Virus record (IMG/VR): IMGVR_UViG_3300021400_003144
Reading direction: 5' to 3' (one strand)
Length of the DNA stretch: 64,000 nt
Source of the DNA: a virus
Lineage: Duplodnaviria > Caudoviricetes
Made by a program: the position numbers and the translations under genes. Shown piece by piece: positions 30,132 to 40,284 of this stretch. A model generated the notes under the pieces. That model saw nothing but the letters and a program-made list of their open reading frames with translations. It was not told the origin of the DNA and did no database searches. Each line of letters starts with the position of its first letter. Within the stretch, counting starts at the first letter, position 1.

Positions 30132-30491
30132 ATGAAAGATTTAAACAGTGAAAGAGTTAAAACTTGCAAGGAGATTTTATTATATGCAGCATATTTTAAG
30201 GATTGTAGCAATAATGAGAAGTATTACATTATTAAGAAGGATAGACAATTTCCTAATATGATGAATAGTGCAGTTAATCTAGCTAATATGTTCTTAGCAG
30301 GGAGGTTAGGTTATCATAATGGGTTAGATGAAGCACTAAGAAGATGTAAAAATGTAATTAGTAAAGATACTATTAAGAGTTATCGTGATATGCTGATTAT
30401 AAATGACTTTAGACGTGGAATGGATGTTAAGAGCTTATCAGAGAAATATGGTCTTAGCACAGTGACAATTAATACTAAAGTTGGTTGCTAA
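30132..30491 (+). CDS. Mor-like HTH protein
   Basis: C-terminal RDMLIINDFRRGMDVKSLSEKYGLSTVTI. Confidence 0.55.
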   Translation: MKDLNSERVKTCKEILLYAAYFKDCSNNEKYYIIKKDRQFPNMMNSAVNLANMFLAGRLGYHNGLDEALRRCKNVISKDTIKSYRDMLIINDFRRGMDVKSLSEKYGLSTVTINTKVGC

Positions 30492-30539
30492 GGATTTTAA
30501 GAATAGCTTGTTTAAATAAATGAGAGGACAAGATACAAT

Positions 30540-31199
30540 ATGTTAAATACCAAAAAGATTGTTAAAGGCAGTGATGAATATAAGATTTTAACTTCAATAA
30601 GCATTGAAGATTACCTAAATAACACTGTATTGCCAGATATGCCATGGTATTTTGATGAGAGTAAAATTGATTTTGATTTTAAACCTACAACAAGATGCCC
30701 ATTACATAGTGAGGATACAGCATCATTCAGAAATTACTTCAATGATGAGAATGATATAAAATATACATCCTTCTATTGTTTTGGTTGTGGTAAGGGTGGA
30801 ACAGTTATAAATCTACATATGTACTATGTAGAGAATAAGACAGGTCGTAAGATAAGTTATGCTGAGGCTATTCAGAACCTAAAGGAAATGTTTAGTGACA
30901 AGTTAGGACAGTCTGGAAATGCTAAGATAGCAGAAGGTCTTAACAAAGTTGCTAAGATGGTTCCTAAGGGAGCATCAGCACCTATAGAGCAGAATAAAGC
31001 TGACCTGTATGAGTTTGATAGTCTATATACTAAGGTTGATAAGATTCTTCAGGTTGAGGAAATGAGTCTTGAAGATAAAAAACAGATGTACAGAGCATTA
31101 GATGACTCAATACGATTAGTCAGAGATAATAGAGTTAAAGCCAGTGAGGGTACTAAATACTTAGAAGATATGTGTGAGAAGCATCATATATACTTTTAA
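30540..31199 (+). CDS. stand-alone CHC2 (DnaG-type) zinc-finger protein
   Basis: CPLHSEDTASF...FYCFGCGKGG; no TOPRIM domain. Confidence 0.85.
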   Translation: MLNTKKIVKGSDEYKILTSISIEDYLNNTVLPDMPWYFDESKIDFDFKPTTRCPLHSEDTASFRNYFNDENDIKYTSFYCFGCGKGGTVINLHMYYVENKTGRKISYAEAIQNLKEMFSDKLGQSGNAKIAEGLNKVAKMVPKGASAPIEQNKADLYEFDSLYTKVDKILQVEEMSLEDKKQMYRALDDSIRLVRDNRVKASEGTKYLEDMCEKHHIYF

Positions 31200-31263
31200 T
31201 AGCTAGTTAATAGTATTAGAAGTAAATTAAAAATTATTTTATGAGTTTATAGGAGAGATTAAA

Positions 31264-32196
31264 ATGGCTATTTATAGTTGTATTGGATACCCTGGAAGTA
31301 AGCGTAAGTGCATTGACCTTATTATGGATACAATTCCTGATGGAATTACAGATTGGAGAGAGCCATTCTTTGGAAGTGGAAGTGTTACACTTGGATTTCT
31401 TCAGAGTCCTAAGAGTAAGGATTGTAAGAGATTTGTAGTTGGTGACCTTGCTTCTGAGATTTGGGCATTATGGGCAGGCATTCAGAAAGATGAAAAAGCA
31501 GTAGTAGCTAATGTTGAGAAATTCTGGCGTGAGCATATTAAGTCTTATGACGAGAGTTTAACATTTGGAATTGATCCAGAAGTAAATAAAGAGTTAGCAG
31601 ATAGAAATAGAGCTGAAGCAGATGCATTTTGGAAGTGGACACAGACTGTTGATACTAAGGGCATGACTCTTGAGGAAAGAGCAGCAAGAACATGGTTAGC
31701 TAATAGAATTTCATTTAGTTCAATGGGTGATAGCGGTTCAATGAGCTATGATAACTTTAGAAAGTTTAGACTTGAGCATACTCAGAAGATTTTGGATATG
31801 GCTCCTTATCTTAAGAGATTGGAGATTCTGAATGTTCCATTTACTGTGACGATGAAAGATGTACCAGTAGAGAGTGGTTTCATTTTCTTAGACCCTCCAT
31901 ATATGAATCAGGAGAAGAGTGGTCTATATGGTAAGAATGGAGATACACATCATGGATTTCCACATCAGGAGTTTGCTGATTTATGCAAAGCAACTAAGGC
32001 GAAGTGGTTGGTAACATATGATGATAGTATTGGAGTCAGAAAGCTTTTTAGAGGTAGGGGTATTTATATTAAGCCTTTCCAGATTACATATACTATGGCA
32101 GGTAAGACTGCTGATGATGCACTGAATGGTGAGGAATTGTTCATAGCTAATTATGATATTGTATCAAAGCAGAGTGATTTAGCTTCTATTCTATAA
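31264..32196 (+). CDS. Dam-family (D12 class) N6-adenine DNA methyltransferase
   Basis: YPGSKR, EPFFGSGS, FLDPPY, terminal ELFIANY. Confidence 0.92.
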   Translation: MAIYSCIGYPGSKRKCIDLIMDTIPDGITDWREPFFGSGSVTLGFLQSPKSKDCKRFVVGDLASEIWALWAGIQKDEKAVVANVEKFWREHIKSYDESLTFGIDPEVNKELADRNRAEADAFWKWTQTVDTKGMTLEERAARTWLANRISFSSMGDSGSMSYDNFRKFRLEHTQKILDMAPYLKRLEILNVPFTVTMKDVPVESGFIFLDPPYMNQEKSGLYGKNGDTHHGFPHQEFADLCKATKAKWLVTYDDSIGVRKLFRGRGIYIKPFQITYTMAGKTADDALNGEELFIANYDIVSKQSDLASIL

Positions 32197-32222
32197 GGGT
32201 TTGAGATTAAGGAGGAATTACT

Positions 32223-33905
32223 ATGACAATAGTAGGAACTATACTAAACACTAATTTAGCCCTGATAGGGCTTAGAGTAAAGAGTAAGGGAAATTTTTAT
32301 AACTATAGACTTTCAGACTTTATAAGTAGAGGGTTTAAGAATAATCAGATAGATTGTTCTGGAGGCAGAGTAGTTGAGATTGGTAATTTTAAATTACGTG
32401 ATTTGGACTGCTTTGCAAGTACTAATAAAGGTATAGTTCCTATTAATAACAGTATTGAAATTCAGAATACTATTGTGGATGATTTTGAGAGTTCAAATAT
32501 AGTAGGATATACAGTTAATTTTAGAGGATTAAAAAAGACTGTAAATCTAAAGGCTGAGCAATTACTGAATATATCATATTTATTTAAACCAGTTGGATTT
32601 TCAGTTTATAGAAAAGGAACTAAGGTTGTTATAAAAGGAACAGGTGGTAATAAGATAGGAGATTTACCTAGCTTAGTGGCATCAGGTGATGAGAGTAGAG
32701 CATCAAGTAATGAGCATAAATCAGAGAACATTGAATATGATGAGATTACCAATTTATTTGTTCCTAGAGGTTTGATGAAGGACATAGCTTCAGAAATTGA
32801 CCTTTCAGATATGGTTCCTATTGCAAGCAAGCTTGATGTATTTGATAATATAGTAAAGTTTAAGGGTGTCATAGTTGGAAGATATAAGAATAAGAAAAAA
32901 TCTTCAAATGATGCAGATTATTCTGAAAGTAACATAAGATATTTGGATGGAGCATCTAATAGTAATGCTAAAATCATACTTAGCTCAAATAATACTAATG
33001 TAAATGTAAGATATAACTATGGTATTATGGCTAATATAGATGGTAAAGAGTATCCGGCTAAGGTAATGACTTTTGATTCTGTAAGTAAAGATAAGCAAGA
33101 CATATATACAACTTTGTTAGTCATGATTAATAAGGGTGTGATTAATGAGTTTATGCATGTGTTTGGTGAGATAGCTCAGATAATAGAGATGGATGACTGT
33201 GAAGCTAGAGCAGGATATAGAGAAGGCTGTGTAAAGGTTAAGATTGACATAGAGAAATTGCCTTTAGTAGATAATAGACTTGCTGATAAATACAAGTTTG
33301 TTAGTACAGAATCTCTTGAGAAAATAGTTATTAGATTAAAACAATTAAAGGCTTGTCAGACAATACTAAATGCTTATGCTAAAGAAAAGGGTATTGAGGA
33401 TAAAAGTTTTGTGGACTATAAGATTATGAGATATTACAGTTCACATTATGATGAAAGAGAGCTTGATAAGCTTACAGAGAACGGATTGGATGTAACTACT
33501 GGTTCATTAAGGCTTAACAGTGGAAAGAGTGGTAGTTACATGGATAATTCAGCATTATATAGTGAGTTTAATGTTGATGGAGCTGTAAACTTAGTAAGTA
33601 AGAACTTGGTTGCAGGAAAAATACCTGAGGTTATAGATTGTGATGACATTAGAAATACTCTTAAACTGTTTGATGAGAATGATGTTGCAGTAGAAAGATA
33701 TAACAATTTTAAAGAGGCTGTTTCAAATGAAATTGCAAGCTTAACTGAGACATTGTGGTTCTATAGATACTTTAATTCAACTGATAAAGGGTTCAATGAT
33801 GGAAAGAATTGGAGCAGAGTTGAATCTAAGAGAATCAGTGGTGATAAGGTAAAGTTGCAACTTGTTGGTACAAGCGTGATATTGACAGTTAAAAAGCCTG
33901 TGTAA
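32223..33905 (+). CDS. hypothetical protein
   Basis: 560 aa, AAGGAGG RBS, no recognised motif. Confidence 0.8.
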   Translation: MTIVGTILNTNLALIGLRVKSKGNFYNYRLSDFISRGFKNNQIDCSGGRVVEIGNFKLRDLDCFASTNKGIVPINNSIEIQNTIVDDFESSNIVGYTVNFRGLKKTVNLKAEQLLNISYLFKPVGFSVYRKGTKVVIKGTGGNKIGDLPSLVASGDESRASSNEHKSENIEYDEITNLFVPRGLMKDIASEIDLSDMVPIASKLDVFDNIVKFKGVIVGRYKNKKKSSNDADYSESNIRYLDGASNSNAKIILSSNNTNVNVRYNYGIMANIDGKEYPAKVMTFDSVSKDKQDIYTTLLVMINKGVINEFMHVFGEIAQIIEMDDCEARAGYREGCVKVKIDIEKLPLVDNRLADKYKFVSTESLEKIVIRLKQLKACQTILNAYAKEKGIEDKSFVDYKIMRYYSSHYDERELDKLTENGLDVTTGSLRLNSGKSGSYMDNSALYSEFNVDGAVNLVSKNLVAGKIPEVIDCDDIRNTLKLFDENDVAVERYNNFKEAVSNEIASLTETLWFYRYFNSTDKGFNDGKNWSRVESKRISGDKVKLQLVGTSVILTVKKPV

Positions 33906-33937
33906 AAATTATTACAAGATAAAGTGGGAGTTTTGAA

Positions 33938-35392
33938 ATGCAGTATAAATTTGATGCATTATATAATGAAAATATGTATAAGACAGCTAATGTTATGTAT
34001 ATACTTGGTCAATATGAAGTGTTTAATAACATAGTAATTGATAAGTTTAGAAGTATGGCTGTACCAAAAACAGATAATACTGCATTTTTATCTGTTATAG
34101 AAGATTTAGCTGATGGATTACCTTCATCAGGACTTAGAAGCAGTGAATCATCCGCTAACTCAAATATAGTTGATTTTGATACTTTCATAAGTTTAAAAGG
34201 TAGCTATCCTTTACAAGGCAGATACTATTGTAGTGTAGATTATGACAGTTTAAGTAAGAAACAGTTAGAAAAATTAAGTGAGTATAATAAAGATAATAGT
34301 TCATCTGGAATACTTGTTGTGACAGCTAGAGATTTTAGAACATACAAGTATATTTCAAGGAATAATGCTTTAAAAGGTAGTAAAACAGCTCATTTTATAG
34401 AATTGTCATTTCCTAGAAGAGATATTCTTGAGAGTATAATCAGGGATTCATTTGAAAAGAGAAGTGTTAAGGTAAATGATAAAGCAATACAGTTGTTTAT
34501 ACTTAGAATGAGTAATGCTTATAATGATTATAACATTGTAATTGATAAGATAGCAGATATTTATAAAGGAACTACAATAGGATATGATGAAATGCAGGAA
34601 GGATTAAGGGGTATAGATAACTATGTACTTGATGATTTCCTGAGTGAGCTTACAAAGGGTGTTGGATGCAATAAGTTGGTTGGTAGAAGAAAGATTTATA
34701 AAATGTATAAATCTTTAATTGAGTCTTTATCAGCTAAAGATTTAGTTAACAGACTCAAGAGTAAGATTGATAACATGGTTGAACTTAGGATGCTCATTAA
34801 TGATGGCACAATACCAGTAATGGTTAGATATAATGCTAAAGAGATACAGGACAAGCTAAGTGATGAAAGCAAACTAAAGTCAATGAGTACCTATTCATTT
34901 AGAAAATATGCATATATAGCTAGTAAAACATCTCTTGAAGATTGGTTTTATATGCAGATGATATTAAATGGAAACTATAGACTTATGAGAGGATTTAACA
35001 AGTCTGAAGATGACTATAATCATATACTGTTAACTCTAATACATCGAAATGTTCTGAGTCCTGATAGACTTATGAATGATATTGGTATCAAGAGTGTTAT
35101 AGATGAGAGTCTTACAGAATTAAATGCTGTATTCTATGATGAGAACGTGAAGCTTACAGATACAGCCTTGAATGACATACTGGTTAAGAATAAAGATTAC
35201 ATTGAAAGTTTAAATAAAGAGAAATATAATGAGGCTGTTGAGCTTGAGAATAAGCTAAAGAATAAAAGGAAAAAGACACAAGGAAATGGAGGTAGAACAG
35301 GAAAGGGAGAAGGAAAGAAGAAAGAGAAGCAGGAAGAGAAACTAGATGAGCAGGCAGCACGTCTTAGAGAGTTGATGGGGATGGCAGAGTGA
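33938..35392 (+). CDS. DNA polymerase III delta (HolA)-like protein
   Basis: MYILGQYEVF start, VKVNDKAIQLFILRMSN...VIDKI and NYVLDDFL segments follow HolA layout; divergent. Confidence 0.5.
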   Translation: MQYKFDALYNENMYKTANVMYILGQYEVFNNIVIDKFRSMAVPKTDNTAFLSVIEDLADGLPSSGLRSSESSANSNIVDFDTFISLKGSYPLQGRYYCSVDYDSLSKKQLEKLSEYNKDNSSSGILVVTARDFRTYKYISRNNALKGSKTAHFIELSFPRRDILESIIRDSFEKRSVKVNDKAIQLFILRMSNAYNDYNIVIDKIADIYKGTTIGYDEMQEGLRGIDNYVLDDFLSELTKGVGCNKLVGRRKIYKMYKSLIESLSAKDLVNRLKSKIDNMVELRMLINDGTIPVMVRYNAKEIQDKLSDESKLKSMSTYSFRKYAYIASKTSLEDWFYMQMILNGNYRLMRGFNKSEDDYNHILLTLIHRNVLSPDRLMNDIGIKSVIDESLTELNAVFYDENVKLTDTALNDILVKNKDYIESLNKEKYNEAVELENKLKNKRKKTQGNGGRTGKGEGKKKEKQEEKLDEQAARLRELMGMAE

Positions 35393-35622
35393 AGTTGAGT
35401 GAGGAATTAAAAAGAGAGATTAAGGCTACTATAAAATTTGTAGTCATTGCTGAAGTTTTATTGATTATTATGGATATAATAATATTTATCACTATGTATC
35501 CGGCATTGGACTTGGATTTACTGATAATAGACTTCAGTATAAAGTATAATGTCTTGTTTATTTTAATTCCTTTGTTACTTAGGGCGTATATATTCAAGAT
35601 AAAGAGAGACAGATATGAATGA
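35389..35622 (+). CDS. small membrane protein
   Basis: two hydrophobic segments, GTGA overlap. Confidence 0.6.
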   Translation: MKLSEELKREIKATIKFVVIAEVLLIIMDIIIFITMYPALDLDLLIIDFSIKYNVLFILIPLLLRAYIFKIKRDRYE

Positions 35623-35872
35623 AAAATATGTATTATTTAATATGAGTGGCATAATAGCTGTCAAGAATAACAGAGGCGAGGTAGTATATTACTGTCAACG
35701 TGGGATTAAAGAACTTAGAGCTGATGAAAAGATATATGCAATAGAGCGTGGAATTATTGACCCTAGAGCATTTAGCTTAAGAGAGCTACCTAAAAACTTA
35801 AAGCTGAACTATCATGCTTGTGGAGCAAGTAGTAAGAATGAGAATTTCAATAAAAATATTTTGTATAGATAA
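35615..35872 (+). CDS. hypothetical protein
   Basis: 85 aa, overlapping start. Confidence 0.6.
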   Translation: MNEKYVLFNMSGIIAVKNNRGEVVYYCQRGIKELRADEKIYAIERGIIDPRAFSLRELPKNLKLNYHACGASSKNENFNKNILYR

Positions 35873-35934
35873 GACTTGTGAATAAAATTACTAGCATTAA
35901 AATATTAGTTGTTATAAATGATTAATATTTTAAT

Positions 35935-36729
35935 ATGAGGTATGGTGAAATGATTAGTAATTTAGTTCTGACAGGTACTTATAATATAGGCATTACTAAT
36001 GAAAAGATGATGCTGAATGGAAATAAAAATGACATTAAGGATATTCCATTTATCAGATACAGATTTGAGGATTATGCAGATGATAAGTTGGATTACATTA
36101 AGTCAATGCAGAGTAAGTTTAAGTATTCTGCACATTTAGCAGAAGTTTATGTTAAAGAAGGCTTTATAGAAGAGGTTAAGAACCTCAAAGAGAAGTTAAA
36201 TAACATAATTGTTTTTCTGTATATACCTATTACAAATGAAGATGTGACTGCTGATGGTATTAGTGAGAATACAGAGAATCTTCTTTATGATTTAGTGGAT
36301 GCAAATTTAGATGTAGATAGAGTTATGCTTAAGGATTTATCTAGCAGTCTATTTACTGTAGTAGCTAATAAAATGAAGAAGAGAATCACTGAGATTTTAG
36401 GATGTCAAATTTCAGATGTTGGAATATGCTGTAGTCCATTGTCAGTATTTGATGGAAATGCTTGTTTAACAGCTATGAAAGCTAGAGAACTATCAGCTAT
36501 TTATAATGATAACCCTGTAGCAGTTCCTTCTGAGAAGCATGAGTGCAAAAATGACCATGGATGTTGTTGCATAAGACATTTTATAGTAAATAGTGATATA
36601 GCAGCTCCAGTGATTAAAGTAGGTAATACAGGTGGTTCAGAGAAAAAGTCAGATGAGGATGGTGACTCAGCTGAAAATGAAAAGAAAAAGACTGCAAAGA
36701 AAGTAACAATGATGCTGACATCTTGGTAA
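35935..36729 (+). CDS. Cys-rich hypothetical protein
   Basis: GICCSPLS, ACLTA, HECKNDHGCCCIRHF. Confidence 0.75.
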   Translation: MRYGEMISNLVLTGTYNIGITNEKMMLNGNKNDIKDIPFIRYRFEDYADDKLDYIKSMQSKFKYSAHLAEVYVKEGFIEEVKNLKEKLNNIIVFLYIPITNEDVTADGISENTENLLYDLVDANLDVDRVMLKDLSSSLFTVVANKMKKRITEILGCQISDVGICCSPLSVFDGNACLTAMKARELSAIYNDNPVAVPSEKHECKNDHGCCCIRHFIVNSDIAAPVIKVGNTGGSEKKSDEDGDSAENEKKKTAKKVTMMLTSW

Positions 36730-36740
36730 ATCAATAAATA

Positions 36741-36782
36741 AAGGGAACATAAACTATAAGAAGTTTGTGTTCCCTTATTTTT
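36741..36782 (+). terminator. intrinsic terminator
   Basis: aagggaacataaact / agtttgtgttccctt plus T run. Confidence 0.88.
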
Positions 36783-36842
36783 ATTTTAAATATATGCTGT
36801 AAGGTTCAGATTTCTGTAGGATGAATTGATTCTTAAAAACTA

Positions 36843-36943
36843 TTGACAAAAGTTAAAATATATGATATAGTTATTGTATAATAATAAAAAATTAATTTTT
36901 GTAAAGGTAAAAGATTGACAAATGTGTCCGATTTGTGTATAAT
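36843..36943 (+). promoter_or_regulatory. two tandem sigma-A promoters
   Basis: TTGACA-17-TATAGT (36843-36871) and consensus TTGACA-17-TATAAT (36915-36943). Confidence 0.85.
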
Positions 36944-37036
36944 GTTTTTTGGGAGTTAAGTCGGGAGAACAACTTCTGATGATGCTCTAGGTACAAATTG
37001 AATACAGTTCTTTTTTAAGATAGGAGATTTTTCGAG

Positions 37037-37807
37037 ATGTATAGCAGTCTAGGTTTAATGAATCAGAAAGAATTGATGGGTAGCACTTGTGTTTTCACTT
37101 CTGGAATCAAGGAGCCAGAAATAGACAGGCAGGCTTCAGACTTTATCAGTGGTCATTTCTTTGAACTTGTTAAAGCGGCTCATAAGATGGGAGTAGATGC
37201 TAACAAGTGTGAGGACATAGTTCAGGATGTTACTCTTAGCATTCTTAAACAGGAAGAGTACGGTGAGGGTTATGATATGAACAAGGGTAATCGTTCAGAA
37301 CCTATCTCACCAAGAGAATTTGTTTATGGTAGACTCAAGATGTATTCTAAGAATGTCAAATATAGAAAACAGACTGAGGCTCCAGTATTTGTAAAGGGTG
37401 CTGATGGTAAAGCAGAGGAACAAATGAATATTATTCCTTCTACTGTTATGACAGATGACCTTGAGCAAATGACAAAGGCTCAGAGAGATTTTGTAAACGC
37501 TCAGAAGAGATTTCTTACAGATGATGATGCTGTGACTGGTGTAGACGCTGTAGATGAAGCAGAGAGCATTGAAGAACAAATGAAGTATGTATTATCATTT
37601 GATAGAATGTGCAATGGTAGTATTTCAGCTCTCTTAAAGAAAATTGACTATTTTAAAGAGAATCCTGATAATAAAGAGTATAAAGATTTTTGTAACTTTA
37701 GTAACTTTAAGGCTCCATTTATTGAAGCTTTAACAGACATCATAAAATTCTCAGGTACAAACAGAGAAAAATATGATGCAGCTATAAAAAATGTATTTAG
37801 AGTTTAA
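37037..37807 (+). CDS. sigma-70 region-2-like protein
   Basis: CEDIVQDVTLSILK and FVYGRLKMYSKN resemble ECF regions 2.2-2.4. Confidence 0.5.
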   Translation: MYSSLGLMNQKELMGSTCVFTSGIKEPEIDRQASDFISGHFFELVKAAHKMGVDANKCEDIVQDVTLSILKQEEYGEGYDMNKGNRSEPISPREFVYGRLKMYSKNVKYRKQTEAPVFVKGADGKAEEQMNIIPSTVMTDDLEQMTKAQRDFVNAQKRFLTDDDAVTGVDAVDEAESIEEQMKYVLSFDRMCNGSISALLKKIDYFKENPDNKEYKDFCNFSNFKAPFIEALTDIIKFSGTNREKYDAAIKNVFRV

Positions 37808-37834
37808 GGTATAGCACGAGGGAGAAGTATTACC

Positions 37835-38623
37835 ATGGAAGGTCTAAGAGAGATTGATTTAAAGCAGTTTGCTGTATGTGGTTCATCTAAGTTATTAGAT
37901 AACACTGATGAAGTTGAAGAGATGTGGAATAGACAGGTACTTGTTTATTACAGAGATAATCTCCCACATATTAAGGCAAGACTTAGAGGGTTCGATCATA
38001 AACTCTCAGACGAAAAATTAGACATGGTAATTGCTGAGTTAGGAGAATCATTACAGACTTGCAGAGATTATGGTGACTGTGATGAAAGTGAGCAGAAACT
38101 TTCCCTTGAGAATTATGTTATTAAGTGGGGTCAGTATTGCATCAGAAGATTAAGACATAGAGAAGCTGAGGCTAAGAAAATTATGGCTATACCTGTTAAG
38201 ATTTCTGATGAGTCTGATGAAGAGCATGATGCATTTGAAACTCTGGGTGATGAAAATGCAAGCTTGAGATACAGAGTAAGCGAGGTTGATTTAGACTCTA
38301 GTTTAAATCAGATGCTTTGTAAGAGAAATTATTATGGCATAGATGTTTTCAATCTCCTTTATATAAAAATAAAGGGTATTGTAATGAATATTGGTACAGA
38401 GATAACAAATATAATATCAGATGTATGCGGAATAAGTTCTGTAGAAATAATGAATGCTGAGTATATGCTATCTCGTGACGAGGACTTTAGAAGTCTTAAT
38501 CAGGACATAGCAATTATTCTGGCTAACAATCCTAACAACTATGATGTGGTAAATAGATTAGGAGAATATGTTTATGGAAAGTCTAGCATAGATAAGGTTA
38601 TATCTGCAGTAGCAGGTATGTAA
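37835..38623 (+). CDS. second divergent sigma-like protein
   Basis: same size and adjacent; LENYVIKWGQYCIRR resembles regions 2.3-2.4. Confidence 0.35.
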   Translation: MEGLREIDLKQFAVCGSSKLLDNTDEVEEMWNRQVLVYYRDNLPHIKARLRGFDHKLSDEKLDMVIAELGESLQTCRDYGDCDESEQKLSLENYVIKWGQYCIRRLRHREAEAKKIMAIPVKISDESDEEHDAFETLGDENASLRYRVSEVDLDSSLNQMLCKRNYYGIDVFNLLYIKIKGIVMNIGTEITNIISDVCGISSVEIMNAEYMLSRDEDFRSLNQDIAIILANNPNNYDVVNRLGEYVYGKSSIDKVISAVAGM

Positions 38624-38655
38624 GTTAGCATAGAGTGTTCATCTTAATTAGCACA

Positions 38656-38892
38656 TAGCTACAGTAGTTTTATTAAAGACATTTAGTAAAGCTACTGTAG
38701 CTACCTCCAGTTATAACCTAGCTGTCTATGTTTGAATTTATTGGAATTTTTGGAAATTTTTGAACTTTGGAATTTTCGTATAATACTCATGAGATCCCCC
38801 CTTGTTTGTGTATAAATGAATAACTTTAATGGATAATAAAGACAGCTAGTTTATATAGAGCAGTGATGATAGAAATATTGTCACTGCTTTTT
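38656..38892 (+). ncRNA. candidate structured non-coding RNA
   Basis: 22-bp hairpin 38656-38703; 15/16 long-range pairing 38712-38727 with 38840-38855; terminator 38859-38892. Confidence 0.4.
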
Positions 38893-38973
38893 ATTTTGCT
38901 AATAAATTTTAAAGTATGAATAGTAGCTATATAATAATATATGTTATATTAAATAATTAAATTTTGTTGTTTT

Positions 38974-39354
38974 TTGGAGGGTAGTATGGAATATCCATTA
39001 TACAGTCAGATTTTTACTAGATTATCTACTGACACTGCTATTGTGACTTTTAAGAAGAAAGATAATACAATTAGAACTATGATTTGCACTAGGAATAGAT
39101 ATACCATTGAAGGCAATTGTGGAGATATTATATATCAACTTCTTGGAAAAGATAAGCATTGTAATATAAATAATGGAAACATGTCAGTTATAGATATAGC
39201 TATAGGAGAGGCTAGGTCTTTTAACATTTACAATTTAATTAACATTGAGTACTTAGGCGAAATTAAAACACCTGATGAGTATACTACAGCTATGGCTAAA
39301 TACTTAGAGGTTATGAAACGTAATGAGACTTTAACAGAGAAAGATAATATTTGA
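38974..39354 (+). CDS. WYL_2/DUF2693-like SH3-fold protein
   Basis: VTFKKKDNTIRTMICTRN ... VIDIAIGEARSF; start probably ATG 38986. Confidence 0.7.
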   Translation: MEGSMEYPLYSQIFTRLSTDTAIVTFKKKDNTIRTMICTRNRYTIEGNCGDIIYQLLGKDKHCNINNGNMSVIDIAIGEARSFNIYNLINIEYLGEIKTPDEYTTAMAKYLEVMKRNETLTEKDNI

Positions 39355-39373
39355 AAGGAAATTTAATGATTAT

Positions 39374-40261
39374 ATGATTTACATTAAGTCAAAACCATAT
39401 AACTGTGTCAAGGATATTGGCAAGTTATTAAACAAAGTTAAAATGTGTATTGGAGTTAATACAGATAAGATTAATGATGAGGTAGATAGGTTATTATCTG
39501 TAGATACATCAGGTAAGGGAGCAGACTACAGAGAAAGATTATATGACTGCATTAACTACCTAGAGTCTATAACTGATTTTATGGACAGATTGCATAGTAA
39601 GAATGGCAAGAGGGAGTTTAAAGTTTCCTATAATATTATAGGAAATTACATAGAGTGTTCACCTTTGAACATACTGAATGTAGATGAGTTTGATATAAAG
39701 CTTGAGGACATAATCAAGATTAAGGATGATTATTCATTGGTGAGTGCTGATTATACTAATGTTTTAGCAGCTATTGGTTTTGATTATGTAAAGAATGATT
39801 TGGGTTATTCCTGGCGTGATATAGAGGATTCATTATCTAAGTGCACTAATATGGTCTGTAACAATGAAGCTTCAACACTGCTGAGTATTGTAGATGCAGA
39901 AGATATGGATTATAAGCTGATGAGAGAAATGAAGATAGGTTCTTGTGATTATATGGATAGTCGTAGAGAAAGAATCTATGGGTACTATAGTGAAGATATA
40001 GGAAATACAGATGATATGTATAAAAATATCATGGAGATTAATGGAAAAAACACAATGCATATGGTGCTTAAAGATATACTTGAGAAGTTTGATAAGAAAG
40101 CAGACGTAGGATTAATTAGTGTAGAGGAAACAAGAGTTAATCTTATGTGTGCAAATAAAGACGTTGAGAATATTGTGGAGTTCTTAAAAGATGGTATTTG
40201 TGTACAGTTATTTGGAAGAAGTTTTCATTTTGAACCAGTTATAAAGGTTGTTAAGGGTTAA
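39374..40261 (+). CDS. degenerate family A polymerase-domain protein
   Basis: YSLVSADYTNV resembles motif A; motif C position reads ISVEET instead of VHDE. Confidence 0.55.
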   Translation: MIYIKSKPYNCVKDIGKLLNKVKMCIGVNTDKINDEVDRLLSVDTSGKGADYRERLYDCINYLESITDFMDRLHSKNGKREFKVSYNIIGNYIECSPLNILNVDEFDIKLEDIIKIKDDYSLVSADYTNVLAAIGFDYVKNDLGYSWRDIEDSLSKCTNMVCNNEASTLLSIVDAEDMDYKLMREMKIGSCDYMDSRRERIYGYYSEDIGNTDDMYKNIMEINGKNTMHMVLKDILEKFDKKADVGLISVEETRVNLMCANKDVENIVEFLKDGICVQLFGRSFHFEPVIKVVKG

Positions 40262-40284
40262 AAAGAAAGGTAAAGAGGCATAAT

